A DNA stretch of 64,000 nt from contig NIVC01002714.1 of the NCBI GenBank assembly GCA_002269645.1, positions 8,574 to 72,573 of the forward strand, in the 5' to 3' direction. The notes under the pieces are model-generated. The model made no database searches. It saw nothing but the letters and a program-made list of their open reading frames with translations, and was not told where the DNA came from. Positions 11,342 to 27,080 of the stretch are shown piece after piece; positions within the stretch are counted from its first letter, which is position 1, and each line of letters starts with the position of its first letter. The translations under genes were made by a program, and so were the position numbers. This stretch comes from Macrostomum lignano. Lineage: Eukaryota.

Positions 11342-13559
11342 GGGTCGCCATCATAAACCCGAAAAATCACAACTCCGAAAACACTTCCCATCATAAACCC
11401 GAAATATCATAAACCCGAAATATCATATCTCCGAAAACCAAAATAGCAACGCCCATCATAAACCCGAAATATCATAAACCCGAAATATCATATCTCCGAA
11501 AGTGCTAGCAACGTCAATCATAAACCCGAAATATCACAAACCCGAAATATCATATCTCCGAAAACCAAAATAGCAACGCCCATCACAAACCCGAAATATC
11601 ATAAACCCGAAATATCATATCTCCGAAAGTGCTAGCAACGTCAATCATAAACCCGAAATATCACAAACCCGAAATATCATATCTCCGAAAACCAAAATAG
11701 CAACGCCCATCACAAACCCGAAATATCATAACTTCGAAAACCAAAATAGCAACCAGCAGATGACCAAAAATATTAATCTACGTAATTATTCTTTTTTATG
11801 TTCTTGTGCTTTGATTATCACATAGATCATGCGTACCGCGTGTATTTTTTGCTAAGTGAGCGGGGATTTGTTTAAAAGGTGCAAATTAACTAAATTTGAG
11901 CAAATTGAACGATCCTGTTTCGGTCGTTATTGCTTATCATCGCGTGCTCGTATTAATCTTCACTTTTCTAAAATTGGTGCAGGTATCGTTAGCACAAATT
12001 TTGTTTGCTATCTGCTTACCATGTTTATCATCCACTCAAAGAATGGACATTGACAGAATGTTTTTATTAGAGCATAAAACTGTAAGTGAAATTAGTAGGA
12101 CTATTAGTGCTTCACATTCTGCTATTTGACGCTATCTAATTTCTAAAAGAAGTAAAATTACTCGAAGGGAAAACGAAAACAAATGGGATTTTGAACATGT
12201 GATTTATATTGACACCCTTATTAAGAAATCTGAGGGACGCATCTCAGCTGGTGGCATCTGCCTAAAATTGAAGTTCTTATGTATTTAGTAACAGCCTATA
12301 TTTATAACTGTGAAGCAAACAAAACCTATTTATGCTTCAGAACAGAAGTTGGGGGATTCTCTTGGTCTTTGTTCCTGCTTTGGTTTCTCTTGGCTTTATC
12401 CAATGTTCAGCTAGCTACATCCAATATGATTGTATTGTTGCTGTAGCTTTCCGGTGCAATATTATAAAATAACGGTACATAAAGAGCCGCGAAGTGGAAA
12501 GCGACATTTCTTAAAAGATCTACATGCAGATTACGATATTGATAGCTCGTATTTATCATATTTCGATCTTGGATGGGCATTGCCATGAATTGGTTTTCGG
12601 AGTTATGATATTTCGGGTTTGTGATGGGCGTTGCTATTTTGGTTTTCGGAGATATGATATTTCGGGTTTGTGATGGGCGTTGCTATTTTGGTTTTCGGAG
12701 ATATGATATTTCGGGTTTGTGATGGGCGTTGCTATTTTGGTTTTCGGAGATATGATATTTCGGGTTTGTGATGGGCGTTGCTATTTTGGTTTTCGGAGTT
12801 ATGATATTTCGGGTTTGTGATGGGCGTTGCTATTTTGGTTTTCGGAGATATGATATTTCGGGTTTGTGATGGGCGTTGCTATTTTGGTTTTCGGAGATAT
12901 GATATTTCGGGTTTGTGATATTTCGGGTTTATGATTGACGTTGCTAGCACTTTCGGAGATATGATATTTCGGGTTTATGATATTTCGGGTTTGTGATGGG
13001 CGTTGCTATTTTGGTTTTCGGAGATATGATATTTCGGGTTTGTGATATTTCGGGTTTATGATTGACGTTGCTAGCACTTTCGGAGATATGATATTTCGGG
13101 TTTATGATATTTCGGGTTTGTGATGGGCGTTGCTATTTTGGTTTTCGGAGATATGATATTTCGGGTTTGTGATGGGCGTTGCTTTTTTGGTTTTCGGAGA
13201 TATGATATTTCGGGTTTGTGATGGGCGTTGCTTTTTTGGTTTTCGGAGATATGATATTTCGGGTTTGTGATGGGCGTTGCTTTTTTGGTTTTCGGAGATA
13301 TGATATTTCGGGTTTGTGATGGGCGTTGCTTTTTTGGTTTTCGGAGATATGATATTTCGGGTTTGTGATGGGCGTTGCTTTTTTGGTTTTCGGAGATATG
13401 ATATTTCGGGTTTGTGATATTTCGGGTTTATGATGGACGTTGCTAGCACTTTCGGAGTTATGATATTTCGGGTTTATGATATTTCGGGTTTATGATATTT
13501 CGGGTTTATGATGAAAAGCGCTTTTCGGAGTTGTGATTTTTCGGGTTTATGATGCCCCC
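11342..13559. mobile_element. Non-autonomous Foldback/Mutator-like DNA element with long, internally repetitive inverted arms
   Basis: Left arm (about 11342-11745) and right arm (about 12590-13559) are reverse complements built of atcataaacccgaaat / atctccgaaaaccaaaatagcaacgccc subrepeats. Ends are GGG...CCC. Perfect 9-bp TSD CTTTTGTGT at 11333-11341 and 13560-13568. Confidence 0.85.
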
Positions 13560-13753
13560 CTTTTGTGTGAATTGCAATTGAGTAAATAATAGATTGAAAT
13601 AAACTTCATTGTCATGCCTTGGATTAGTAAGAAAAGTTTCATAGCTCGTATTTGTGTAGCGTAATTGGCCTTATTACTTTACATGCTTTAATCTATTAAC
13701 ATTGGCTCTATTAACATTTTCGTTTACAACCACCTGCTGTGCTTTGTTTGCAG

Positions 13754-17408
<3,655 letters not shown>

Positions 17409-17791
17409 ATTAGTTCTATTATCGTTGCATTTGCGTAGCTACCTCTCAGAGGTTACCAGTTGTTGCTGCATTTGTAGGCCATTTGCACACGTTTTTATTT
17501 CAATAAATACAACGTGCTTCCGACATTACTAAACATACGATCGATTGAAGTGCTACGTGTACTTTTAGAGTACAAACCAAAAATCTAAAATTAGCACTTG
17601 TTTGCGTTTCTTCTTTTCAAATTAAACGAAAAAGTTAAAAACTTCTAATCATAATAAATTTAAGGACACTGACATGACTAAAATATGAAGCTTAGTTTAT
17701 TTTTCAGCAAGAAAGTGTCAAGTTAACCGGATAAAGCTATTATTATGAGAAAAATGCACGATTTTCTACTTTAAGAACAGTCAGAACACTT

Positions 17792-19812
17792 CTACTCTAC
17801 TACTCTACCAGTAGTATTATTAGTGTCTTGATGATAGAAAAGCGCCCGAAACTGAGCGGTCTCTTTGGCCATCTCCTCGGCCGACCGATTTGGCCGTTCA
17901 GGCTTCGGCTCTGCCTCCAGCGCCGTGTAGACGGAGTCGTTCGGCTGGAAGTCGCCGGGCAGCCGAGGCAGCACGTGAATGTGGACGTGCGGCACCGACT
18001 GGCCGGCCAGGGGGCCGTCCTGCAGACTGAAGCTGCACGACTCGGTGCCGGCGAGCTGCCTCAGCCGGAAGGCCACCAGCTCAGCTAAGCCGAATAGATC
18101 CGCCCGTTCTAACGGAGTGAGCTCGCTTAGCATTGCAACCGAACGGCGCGGGCAGACCAGCGTGTGATGCGGCCGGATTGGGCGAAGATTCACCGCGGCA
18201 AAAGACAGACTGGTGAGGCAGAACACCTGCTCGCTAGCTGGGAGCCGGTGCGGACCGAACGCGAACTCGGCTGAGTCAGGAATGGGCACTGAAAAGTTTT
18301 GAAGGCTAAAAATGACGCCAGGAAGCAATGAATTGAAAGTGACGTCATGCTCTATCTGTGATATATTTCTAAATATAGAAACTGGCTTTATGACACATGA
18401 AATCGATCGATAATTTTAAATATAGAACCTGGCTTGACGCATAAAATCAATCGATAATTCTAAATATAGAAACTTACTGTATGACACATGAAATCGATCG
18501 ATATTTCTAAATATAGAAACTGGCTTTATGACACATGAAATCGATCAATAATTCTGAATATAGAAACTGGCTTTATGACACATGAAATCGATCGATATTT
18601 CCACATATAGAAACTGACGTCAGTCAATAAATATTTATCAACCGTGACACTTGGTACTGTAATAAACATTACGTTTTAATTTTTTATAGTGGTGGACAGA
18701 CAGGCAACTCACGCAGATGCAGCTGGCCCGACACGCTGGGATACAGATCTAATCGTCGTTGCTGCATCACCGGCATACCGGCTCGAACCTGTTCCAGGTA
18801 TTTCAAATTAATCTGACACAGGGCCAGGCCATCTGATTTGTCATCAAGTTCGGCGCACACCTTGCCCCACGGGTCGATAATGCAGGCGTGGCCGTACGAA
18901 TGCCGCCTGGGATTGTGCGAGCCGGCCTGGGCGGCGGCCACCAGCCAGCATTGGGTCTCGATGGCTCTGGCGCGCAGCAGAGCGGACCAGTGGGCCTGGC
19001 CTGCGGTTGGGATTCGAATAGCTGGGATTGATTCAATGGCACCAAAAATATTTTATCGGCGATCCGAACTACCATGAAGGGCCACAAAGATTTACGAGCG
19101 TATTTAAGCGCCACAAAAAGCCATGTAGCGTCATAATAATAATTTATTAAACTTGCCCAATTGGGCCAGATGTGCAACCGACAGCTCAGCCGGAGCTATT
19201 GCGCGGCGCATCTGAGGGCTGCGTACGGCCGTTCACTCCAGGAACTGAGGGGTCGCCAAACACCCTCAATTACCCCAGCTAATGCTGGCACCCATTTTAG
19301 AGCTGAGTGAACTGAAGCAATGCAGAGTTTAGCGTCCTGCTCAAGGCCACAAATTGTTTCGAGTGGGTTGGGAATCGAACCCCCGACCTTTCAGTTGAGT
19401 CCGACGCTCTAACCACTAGGCTACAACCCCTCATAGTGCCATAAAAGGCCCATTATACTAATCAATAATTTGCCTCACCCGTAGGCACGGTGAAAGCGCT
19501 GGGATAGGTGATAATCTGCGCCCCTCGCTCTCTCATCCCGATGGCCAATTCCGCGAATCGCATATCGTAGCAGATGGCCAGGCCCACCCGGCCGACCGGG
19601 GTGTCAATCACCGGCGCCAGACTGTCGCCCGGCTTCGTGTACCGCGACTCCAAGAAGCTTCTGCCGCCGCCGGGATTGCCGCCGCCGTCGCCGGGCACTT
19701 GAACGTCGAACATGTGCGCCTTGTCGTAGCGGCCGGCGATGCGGCCCTCAGGGTCAATTAGCAGGTGGCTGTTGCTGATGCGCTCAGCGCCTTGGGTGGC
19801 GCCGTTCGGCTG
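17792..19812 (-). CDS. NitFhit: Nitrilase-Fhit fusion protein (NitFhit); exons 19812-19479, 19000-18713, 18288-17792; 5' nitrilase exons not located
   Basis: Nitrilase motifs YDKAHMFD, GLAICYDMRF, YPSAFT..TG.AHW..LLRARAIETQC, SYGHACIIDPWG splice in frame (phase 1) to a HIT domain with AGQSVPHVHIHVLPR. Confidence 0.9.
18355..18615. repeat. About 47-bp AT-rich tandem repeat in the Nit/Fhit intron
   Basis: ttctaaatatagaaactggctttatgacacatgaaatcgatcgata, about 5 copies. Confidence 0.85.
19140..19430 (-). mobile_element. tRNA-derived SINE with a CORE-like central domain, inside a NitFhit intron
   Basis: Minus strand: A box TAGCCTAGTGG (19423-19413) and B box GGTTCGATTCC (19381-19371), then gtggccttgagcaggacgctaaactct...tcagttcactcagctctaaaatggg resembling the CORE consensus; AT-rich tail. 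Confidence 0.7.
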
Positions 19813-19847
19813 CTGAAGTTTTTAATGGATTCGGATAGGTTCTCGCT

Positions 19848-20161
19848 TGGCGATTCTTGCCAGGGCGATTTATAAAGGGCAATTCTTGAGGGAGGCGATT
19901 CCTGAGGGGCGATTCCTGAGCCTGAGGGGCGATTCTTGCGAGGGCGATTTCGGAGGGGGCGATTCATAAGGGGCGATTCCTGAGCCTGAGGGGCGATTCT
20001 TGCGAGGGAGATTTCGGAGGGGGCGATTCCTGAGCCTGAGGGGCGATTCTTGCAAGGGTGATTCATAAGGGGAGATTCTTGCAAGGGTGATTCATAAGGG
20101 GAGATTCTTGCGAGGGCGATTTATAAGGGGAGATTCTTGCCAGGGCGATTCTTGCGAGGGC
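19848..20161. repeat. Mosaic short repeat built on a GGGCGATTC core
   Basis: Over 20 ggg(c/a/t)gatt motifs at 13-20-bp spacing. Confidence 0.85.
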
Positions 20162-20294
20162 GAGACAGACAGGCAGGCAGACAGACAGACAGAAAGGCAG
20201 ACGGACAGACAAACAGACAGGCAGGCAGACAGGCAGACAGACAGACAGACAGGCAGACAGGCAGACAGACAGACAGACAGGCAGACAGACAGGC

Positions 20295-20343
<49 letters not shown>

Positions 20344-20502
20344 GGCAGACAGACAGACAGACAGACAGACAGGCAGGCAGACAGACAGACAGAAAGGCAG
20401 ACGGACAGACAAACAGACAGACAGACAGGCAGGCAGACAGGCAGACAGACAGACAGACAGGCAGACAGGCAGACAGACAGACAGACAGGCAGACAGACAG
20501 GC

Positions 20503-20545
<43 letters not shown>

Positions 20546-20580
20546 TAGACAGACAGACAGACACACAGCACAGACAGACT
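20162..20580. repeat. (GACA)n microsatellite
   Basis: gaca/ggca run. Confidence 0.95.
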
Positions 20581-20856
20581 ATTCCTATAATAACTATACC
20601 CACTACTATCCCTATTCCAAGCTAAACTGCTAAATATGCTTTACTAAAGTCCGAAAATGATGAGGCAACACGGACAAGAAAAATTTAATCCAAATCGCGC
20701 ATCTCTCGAGACCATCCCGGTCAAATTTGTTTCCAGCTAGATTAAGCGTATGCTTAGGCATTTATTTACGATCCAAGCCAGCGCAGACCCAACTGAAGTC
20801 ACTGACGCACTGCAAACTGCCTAGTTGATCAACAAATCGGTCCAATAGAAAACATT

Positions 20857-22214
20857 TTAAGCTTTCACAGCGAAGCGACGGACAGGGAAGGCGCGCTTCC
20901 TGCGCTGCTGCTTGGCGGTGGTCCGGCTGGCCTCGAACGGCGTCAGGGCGCGGCGCAGGGCGCGGGTCTTCTTGGCGCGGAGGTCGCGCGAGAAGCGCTT
21001 GCTGGATTTCTTTTGGAATTGGCGGACAGCGTCTTTCTGGGTCTGGTGGATGACCGTGTAGACGCGGGCGATCATCTTGCGCACCTGGTGAATCTGGGCC
21101 AGCTTGGAGGCGGCGCCGCCCGTCACCTGCAGGTTCCATGGGTGAGGACTGGTTCAGGGCGATTCCGGTGTGGTTCAGGGCGATTCTGGTGTGGTTCAGG
21201 GCGATTCTGGTGTGCTTCAGGGCGATTCTGGTGTGGTTCAGGGCGATTCTGGTGTGCTTCAGGGCGATTCTGGTGTGGTTCAGGGCGATTCTGGTGTGCT
21301 TCAGGGCGATTCTGGTGTGGTTCAGGGCGATTCTAGTGCGGTTCAGGGCGATTCTAGTGCGGTTCAGGGCGATTCTGGTGTGCTTCAGGGCGATTTTAGT
21401 GCGGTTCAGGGCGATTCTAGTGCGGTTCAGGGCGATTCTAGTGCGGTTCAGGGCGATTCTAGTGCGGTTCAGGGCGATTCTAGTGCGGTTCAGGGCGATT
21501 CTAGTGCGGTTCAGGGCGATTCTAGTGCGGTTCAGGGCGATTCTAGTGCGCTTCAGGGCGATTCTAGTGCGGTTCAGGGCCATTCTAGCGCGGTTCAGGG
21601 CGATTCTGGTGTGCTTCAGGGCGATTCTAGTGCGGTTCAGGGCGATTCTGGTGTGGCTCAGGGCGATTCTGGTGTGGTGCAGGGCGATTCTGGTGTGTTT
21701 CAGGGCGATTCCGGTGTGCTTCAGGGCGATTCTGGTATGGTTCAGGGCGATTGTGGTGTGGTTTAGGGCGATTCTGGTATGGCTCAGGGCGATTCTGGTG
21801 TGGTTCAGGGCGATTCTGGCGCGGTTCAGGGCGATTCTAGTGCGGTTCAAGGCGATTCTGGTGTGGTGCAGGGCGATTCTGGTGTGGTGCAGGGCGATTC
21901 TGGTGTGTTTCAGGGCGATTCCGGTGTGCTTCAGGGCGATTCTGGTATGGTTCAGGGCGATTGTGGTGTGGTTTAGGGCGATTCTGGTATGGCTCAGGGC
22001 GATTCTGGTGTGGTTTAGGGCGATTCTGGTGTGGTTCAGGGCGATTATGGTATGGCTCAGGGCGATTCTAGCATTTCTTAAGCGCGACAATCGATTTGTT
22101 TACCTTGGCAACACGAAGCGTAGCCAATTCCTGCTTGAGCTCATTGAGCTGCTTCTCCAAGTCGACCTTGGTCTTGGTGCGCAGCTTCTTAGCGGACTCC
22201 TTCTTGCCAACCAT
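20857..22214 (-). CDS. RPL35: 60S ribosomal protein L35 (uL29); exons 22214-22104 and 21126-20857
   Basis: LEKQLNELKQELATLRVAK|VTGGAASKLAQIHQVRKMIARVYTVI...KKTRALRRAL...FAVKA; GT-AG phase-0 intron; AATAAA at about 20766-20761. Confidence 0.96.
21150..22072. repeat. 21-bp minisatellite (gttcagggcgattctggtgtg) filling the RPL35 intron
   Basis: About 44 units. Confidence 0.95.
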
Positions 22215-24169
22215 GCTGTCTCTTTTTCAAGGGAAAAGTTCTTGTCAACAATCAGTTGGTCAGTGCGGTCTAACTGAGGGCTTCAAAACCCAAGTATTAG
22301 CAGCGGGAGGCGAGCAGATGGACAGTTACTGCTATGATACACTCGTAATATATTAATTTTAATGTCAGTGTATACTACTTAGTAAGTAGCTCTGCTTCTA
22401 AAATATTAAAAACTCACTTAACCGCCTTTCGTCATATCTCATGATGCAGTAAAATTTGTTAATTAAAAATTTAAGAGAAAGGAACAAAAGAGTCAGTTAA
22501 AAAATCGAATCGACAAATTGATATGCATTTTATTTATCAACTATAAAAAGTTAAATGTGTTACACATGGCACGCGGCTGCCCATAGTTATAAATACACAT
22601 CGACGATTGCGCGTTGGTTCCAACCGAAAGACAGGTTCAGCTCTGCGGGCAAAAAGAAGACAGCGGACTTGATGTTAATTCTTTGTAAGTCAGTTAAATT
22701 TAAAATGAAAGCTAAATGGCGCTACTCTTTATTTAGTAGTTTGTCTGCGGAGTGTCATTTAAATTTATTTTTGGCAGCTAAAATTTTTTGGAGCATACGA
22801 GATTGAGAATTAGCAGCAAGTATTTAACTCTGGGGCCGGCCCTCGGGTGTTTTAAAACTTCAAGGTTTGCGTCTCTTCACAGCTCTCTCCTCATCTCTTT
22901 CCTCTCCTGTCATTTCTAACCTCTTTCTCAGTCCAGCCAAAAGCCGTGCTAACATTTAGGCAGAAACTGGCATCCATTGTTGTGCTACATAAACGCATCT
23001 CAAATCGAAATATACAGACAGAACGAATCATGCGCATGGTCTATACTCTATGGTCTACACATGCCTTAAAAAGATAATTATTGAATATTAATTATGTGCC
23101 ATAGACAAATATAAGAACAGTCGACTGTCACTGTTGAGAAGAGCCCAGAAACCAGAAAAGAAGATAGAAAGAAATAAATTACGAACTAGGCGTTCGCTTC
23201 TGACACCAAGTCTGCCTGCCTTCTTCAGTGCTGTTTCTGCGTTGCAACTTTGCCATTTGCAAGGTAAGTTTTACAATCCAGGTAAATTCCGAGGAGAGAA
23301 AAATGAACGAACGAATGTGTGTAGAGTCAGAGACTTTCCCAGAACAGTCAAAGCCTTGGTGCTGAGTCACGGGCACGGTTCCCTCTGGCAACTCCCCATC
23401 TCTGTTATGCGTCTAGGAAATCGAAAAAAATGAAGAAATGAATTGGGGCAGAAGCCCCAGGCCAAAGAAGGAGAGAGAGGAGGGGCGTCATAAAACGCCC
23501 TCCGAACCCCTCGGAGTGTGGCATTTGATTGGACAGCTGGGAGAAGGGAAGAACCCAAAGGGGAAAACGCAACAAAGATAGCATAGGCTAGAAGGGAAGA
23601 GAGAAACATCCTCACTAAAATCCTACGGAAAGGGTGGGTAGAACCGGTTGGCATATATAATGGAAACCCCTTAGACAACCACACAGCAGACAGACAGGAA
23701 GTTACGAGAGTTTTTCCCCAAAATCTAAAACGGTACAAAAGAACAGACGAACGGTAAGAACTTTTTGTTTTACTAATAACTCACACTAGCTCACCATGCT
23801 CGTACTAATGCAAAACAAGAATAAAAAGACTGCTAAAGTTGCCATTGGACCACACTTTTTTGCATACACATGGTGTTTTGTTAGTTTAATAAAAACTAAA
23901 TAACAATTGACCAGTTCAAAACCATGGAATGTAAAGAAGTGTGTTCTTTGCGCAACTTTGCTCAACTAACAATAAAACGATAAGCCCCCCAGCCAAATAT
24001 ATAATTTAATGGCAAATGATAAACCGACTTGCCATTCTTTTTCCTTCCTTGCCTTTGTATTGATTTTGCTTGTATCTGTATCTGTAGATCTGTACAGTGT
24101 ACTGCATGTGTCTATATTGTCTGTCTGTTGGTCTGCACTATTTGTGTCTATAGTATCTGTTGGTCTGCA

Positions 24170-24477
24170 CTGCATGTGTCTATAGTGTCTGTTGGTCTGC
24201 ACTGCATGTGTCTATAGTGTCTGTTGGTCTGCACTGCATGTGTCTATAGTGTCTGTTGGTCTGCACTGCATGTGTCTATAGTGTCTGTTGGTCTGCACTG
24301 CATGTGTCTATAGTGTCTGTTGGTCTGCACTGCATGTGTCTATAGTGTCTGTTGGTCTGCACTGCATGTGTCTATAGTGTCTGTTGGTCTGCACTGCATG
24401 TGTCTATAGTGTCTGTTGGTCTGCACTGCATGTGTCTATAGTGTCTGTTGGTCTGCACTGCATGTGTCTATAGTGTC
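24170..24477. repeat. 32-bp minisatellite (gtctatagtgtctgttggtctgcactgcatgt)
   Basis: About 9-10 near-identical units. Confidence 0.95.
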
Positions 24478-25419
24478 CATCCGGAATTCTATAACCAACT
24501 AGGAAGTGTGGAGCCATCGCTGGATAGAATGAATGCTATGATATTTCGGGTCCGAGAACAAAGAGATCATTCCTCATCGCAAGCAAGTAACGGGACACTG
24601 GGGCCCGCTTTTAGTCTATTGCGTAATCGTTTCATTATAAACAATTCCAAGCAAGAAAGCCACCTTAGAGATAGCGAATCCAGCCTTCCAGCCTCAGTTT
24701 GATAAGAGCCAGCCATGCTGAATAATGATTGAAAGCAGAAACTTCTTGCACAACAGCAAATCTTGCCGCTATGGGAATGGAGAAATGTGTGTGAAATAGG
24801 ATCTGCCGAAATAGATATGCACTGCTGCTGTATGCAATCCTTATATGTAGATAACAGCTGACAAAAAGCATAAGCGCGGCGCGGACGATTGTCAAAGGTT
24901 AACCAAGAAAGCCCTCAAAACCCCTGGATAATACCCCCGTAGCTTTAAACAAAAAGCAACCAGTTGCTCGTCCATCATCTTTCTGCTGAGAATTTCACTT
25001 AGTTGGCTAGATTGCTTCTAGCATATGCCGCCCCGGGTTTCTAAGCTTGAACCGCATCGAACATTTCAATGTCAACTGTCCAACTGTGACCTTTGGCCTA
25101 ATACTATGGATTATACTATGGATTATGGCCTAATACTATACTACGAAACAGCTGCTGGCTATGACCGCAACTATTTCGGGGAAAACCGTTGGACCCTTGA
25201 TACGACCTGGACGAATTAGATCAAAGTAGTGAAATTGTAAGATAGGTGCGGTGCTTTCACAAACTTCCTAAATTTTACATTCCACAAGTCATCTGGATTC
25301 ATAATTTCCAAATTTCTGAATCCCCAAGCTTCACAATCTTCAATTTTCACAATCCCCAAACTTCGCAATCCCAAGCTTCACAGTTACTCCTAAACTTCAC
25401 ATCCCTAATCTTCACAAAT

Positions 25420-25650
25420 CCGATCTTCACAATCCCCAATCTTCACAATCCCCAATCTTCACAATCCCCAATCTTCACAATCCCCAATCTTCACAATCCC
25501 CAATCTTCACAATCCCCAATCTTCACAATCCCCAATCTTCACAATCCCCAATCTTCACAATCCCCAATCTTCACAATCCCCAATCTTCACAATCCCCAAT
25601 CTTCACAATCCCCAATCTTCACAATCTCAATCTTCACAATCCCCAAACCT
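25420..25650. repeat. 16-bp minisatellite (cacaatccccaatctt)
   Basis: About 14 units. Confidence 0.92.
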
Positions 25651-26654
25651 CACAATTACACATATTTCCCCAAACTTTACAACCAATAACAGTCATAAAC
25701 AATCCAAGAAATCCACAGCTAATTATCAGTCTATAATACATGGGCAGCTATAGAATATTTATAGATAAAATCTAAGCGGAAATAGGCTGCAAAATATAAT
25801 AATTATCATAGCAAGCAATCCATCCGCTGAATAGCCACAGCCAAATAAATCTTATAAACTCAAGGCAAGAGTTTCATACAAACCAAAGCAAAGCCTTCAC
25901 CTCAGCGTAAACAGGAAGGCAGAAATTAAATTTAGCAGCACGGGACACCGGTTCGACTTGAATTGAATGCAATTTAAAAAATACCCGTTTGGCATAGCAA
26001 CTGACAGAACAGGCCGCTGAGATTTGCTTCACTCGATGGGGCTGCATTATGAAGCACTGTTTATATATACATATACATATCTATTCTGAATAGTATGCGC
26101 TGTTCCAGGCTGCACGGATGAAATCCGGCAGTCGGAGATGATGAGTAAGATTAGAATTTGAAGCTATTTATAAATTTGCCGCTTTCTTCAATTATTAACA
26201 TCCGGTATCGACAGCAGCCTTCGAATACTATAAATATAGAGGCAGTCGCGCCAGATAGAAGTGGCAATTAGGAAACGCTTGAAGCAAGCCAGGCAAGCCT
26301 CAACTACATTAAACATCATCGAAAGGTAAGTTTGCGCTTAAGAACACCTGTAATTAAATTTTCCACTCGCCCAATCTGTTAAGCTGGTTCAAGGGCCGGT
26401 CCAAAAGTGCCGTCCTTGGCCTAAAAAGGGGATTCTTTTGGTCCCCTTCAACCAGCTGGCCAGGTTGGACAGATCGGCGTGGCCGCATGTTGCTAACAGT
26501 TCAGGTTTACAATATGGGAAAAAACCGCTCACTGAAACTTAACGATCCTTACTGTTAGTAGTTTAGTGGGGATATTGCTCTAATAATCTAATTTTCTGCC
26601 TAAGTGTTATTGCTACTTTTAATTGAGAATCTGAGACTGAGGGATAGGCGGTGG

Positions 26655-27080
26655 CCAAGCAACTAAGGATCTGGGAGGCTGGCCCAACAACTGACACTCT
26701 GGAAGGCTGGCACAGCAACTGAGGATCTGGGAGGCTGGCCCAGCAACTGAGGATCTGAGAGGCTGGCCCAGCAACTGAGGATCTGGGAGGCTGGCCCAAC
26801 AACTGACACTCTGGGAGGCTGGCACAGCAACTGAGGATCTGGGAGGCTGGCCCAGCAACTGAGGATCTGAGAGGCTGGCCCAGCAACTGAGGATCTGGGA
26901 GGCTGGCCCAGCAACTGAGGATCTGGGAGGCTGGCCCAGCAACTAAGGATCTGGGAGGCTGGCCCAACAACTGACACTCTGGGAGGCTGGCCCAGCAACT
27001 GAGGATCTGGGAGGCTGGCCCAACAACTGACACTCTGGGAGGCTGGCACAGCAACGAGGATCTGGGAGGCTGGCCCAGAA
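26655..27080. repeat. 28-bp minisatellite, reverse complement of the 4405-4735 family
   Basis: atctgggaggctggcccagcaactgagg units plus a variant unit containing acactct. Confidence 0.9.

Noticed and set aside
19360-19430. Possible tRNA gene
   Set aside because: A and B boxes are present, but there is no complete cloverleaf and it continues into a SINE body
20762-22277. 442-aa RIALNHT and 379-aa FRAILV repeat ORFs
   Set aside because: They are the 21-bp array filling the RPL35 intron; the real exons are clear on either side
22830-23760. Short ORFs at 23134-23738
   Set aside because: No recognisable motifs or codon bias; possibly TE-derived, but unsupported
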